Source of the DNA: Azolla caroliniana
Lineage: Eukaryota; Plantae; Polypodiophyta
Reading direction: 5' to 3'
Assembly: GCA_043228905.1 (NCBI GenBank)
Contig: JBHGNT010000007.1
Coordinates: 15,438,001-15,502,000 of the forward strand
Length of the DNA stretch: 64,000 bases
Below the pieces are notes generated by a model. That model saw nothing but the letters and a program-made list of their open reading frames with translations. It ran no database searches and was not told the DNA's origin. The position numbers were made by a program, and so were the translations under genes. Shown here piece by piece: positions 61,849 through 64,000 of the stretch; positions within the stretch are counted from its first letter, which is position 1, and each line of letters starts with the position of its first letter.

Positions 61849-62498
61849 AAAGGGAGCACAAATCAAGCCCATAGCATAAAAGCGCAAGAAGCATCATTGA
61901 GAAAACAAACAATGACCGAGAGCCGAGTCCCAAGGGAAGGAAGAGGAGTCGGACAAGAGGAGGGCGGGCGAAGAGGTTACGATGGATGCATGTGGTGCGG
62001 CCCAAAAGATGTGTGATTTGTATGTACGTATGTATGATGATGAATGATGATGATGATGGTGAGGTGTGTGTGCCATGTGGTGGGTATTTGGTTTTGGGGT
62101 GGCCATTTCCCACGTGATACGTGTTTGATTGATCATGATTCATAACACTCTTTATACATACATATATGTATTTCACTTGCCACCTTTCCTTGCCTTCTTT
62201 ATTTTCCCTCTCCTTCCCCTTCTTCTTTAATCAGTATCTCTTTCTCAAATTGTCTTGTTTTTTTGTTTGTTTATTATGTATCTAATTTCTACTTGTCGTG
62301 TCTATCACATAATGAATGAGCCCCTTCCCCCTCCCACTCCCCCTCCTACTCCCACCCATTTTTAGCCATTATTAACACTACACCTATATGTATCTATTAT
62401 GTATATATATATATATATATATATGTATATCTATTGTTTTTTGGGGGTGCTTAAATTAACCCTCCACATAATGATACCATTTTTCAACGAGATATCCG

Positions 62499-62536
<38 letters not shown>

Positions 62537-63064
62537 TTGAACATATCCTTTATTATTTTTGGTGCCCCCACTTATCTATCTATACATATCTTCATATAAT
62601 ACACACACACACACACACTCACTCACTCTCACACACTCACACACAAACACACTTTATGGTATAGGTTCTCTTCGCTTGCTTTCTTTTAACCAACAAATAA
62701 TAGGCTCACCTTCCCCACACATAATACACACACACTTCCTTGCCTTTCAAAAGGTGCACCTCCACTACATTTGTCAAACAAGTATTGCGACTTTTAACCG
62801 GAATGCTTGCTAGCATGAAACTGTATTCTCTCTCTCTAGTGTATATCAGGCTTACCTTGTTGTTGATGGTAAAGCCACCTTTTTTTACTACCCCATGGAG
62901 CCATGTGCCTTTCGATGAAAAATGATATACTCCCTTTTTGTTTATTTGTTGTACTAACCATGCACCCTGGAGTTCAAATGTTGTACTAGATGCCACTTGA
63001 AATGTAGAGGTTGAATCAATGACCCTATGGTCTTGAGAGGGGAAACTTACCAGTTGCATGACCT

Positions 63065-63107
<43 letters not shown>

Positions 63108-63129
63108 GGTTTCTCATTGATACAAACAC

Positions 63130-64000
63130 AAATGATGGGGACTCTAGGTTTTAAAAACAAGACATTCTAGCTTCTTCCTTTGCCCAATATGAATGGGACT
63201 TTTGTAACCCGCGAGACTAATTTATTGAAAACAAACAAACGTTTTTAATCGTCTTAGATGGAATATGACTCCAACTTTAGCAAGTATGCCCCATAACCAA
63301 TGAAATTTAAAAGACGTTACTATTTGGTACATATGTTTACATCTAATCTATGCAGGGTCATTATACTCTTGCCAATCACGTCCCTTTGTACACATACACA
63401 AGAGATCACATTGAAGGAAAAGTAGTGGCATCAAAAATGAATTCTTGTTTCTAGTGCTTTTCGTTGCATGTCTAGTTACATGTCATGTGATGACAACTTG
63501 AATTTTTATAGTCTTGATTAGGTTGAAATCAACTATTTCTGTTCTCTACGCAATGTACATATCCAAGTTGCTTCTGGTTTTGAATTCGGTACCAACCAAA
63601 ACGAAAAAATGTCAATGTCTTCCCTTCCAATCTTGGGTAGTGAATAGCCCCACCTAAACATCTCCATTATTTTCCCTATTCAATTTTCTCATCATAGGTT
63701 GATAGGGTAAAACAATGTGAATGGACCAAAATTGACCAACTTATAGTTATTTCTTGAAGAGGAACTACTTTTGTGTTAGATCATCCTTGGTAAGAGAAAG
63801 GTTCTTTTTTATGGATCAACGAGAAAATCATTGTATTTCCCATTGATCAATCAAAGCATGCTAATATTACCCTGATCAAAGTTGTTCACCAAAGTCCAAA
63901 TTTAGACCACCTAATCATGTTGTAACACATCGACCACATAGAGTTCCCATGACTTGGAAGAGTATTACTATCTCCCATAATGATTGACAATCCCACCAGT
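63130..64000 (-). mobile_element. Possible decayed L1 ORF2 remnant next to (TC)n at 63069-63106
   Basis: Minus-strand PRLEGK..DIF near 63610-63640 resembles the L1 PK.EGGLG motif; otherwise degenerate. Confidence 0.3.

Overview
Eukaryotic land-plant genomic DNA. It is probably a seed-free plant such as a fern, inferred from the TE families and the dense GA/GT microsatellites, not proven. Positions 1-38.7 kb are a heavily nested TE cluster containing one intact host gene, an 8-exon monoacylglycerol lipase/caffeoyl-shikimate-esterase-like hydrolase (5850-8653). The TEs are four Ty1/Copia pieces (one with identical LTRs and a perfect TSD, 17950-22708), a chromodomain Ty3/Gypsy (9467-16429), a decayed Gypsy with a non-Met primer site (33381-37330), three solo LTRs, a pogo-like MITE, L1 remnants and several RTE-X/L2-like LINEs arranged head-to-tail at (GA/TC)n repeats. 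Positions 40-58 kb are gene-rich: a PRONE-domain RopGEF (40823-45392, +), an uninterrupted 1313-aa ORF (46495-50436, -) and a BOI/SBP1-type RING E3 ligase (55960-58068, -). The most interesting observations are: (1) the 1313-aa protein appears to join a HARE-HTH-like winged helix to a C-terminal WRC zinc finger without QLQ or JmjC; (2) the LINE chain has a conserved 3' stem-loop that always abuts a TC repeat; (3) a very young Copia carries a patchwork templated-filler deletion scar; (4) a RopGEF intron is almost entirely a fold-back element that supplies the branch point and acceptor. All alignments were done by eye; no database searches were run.
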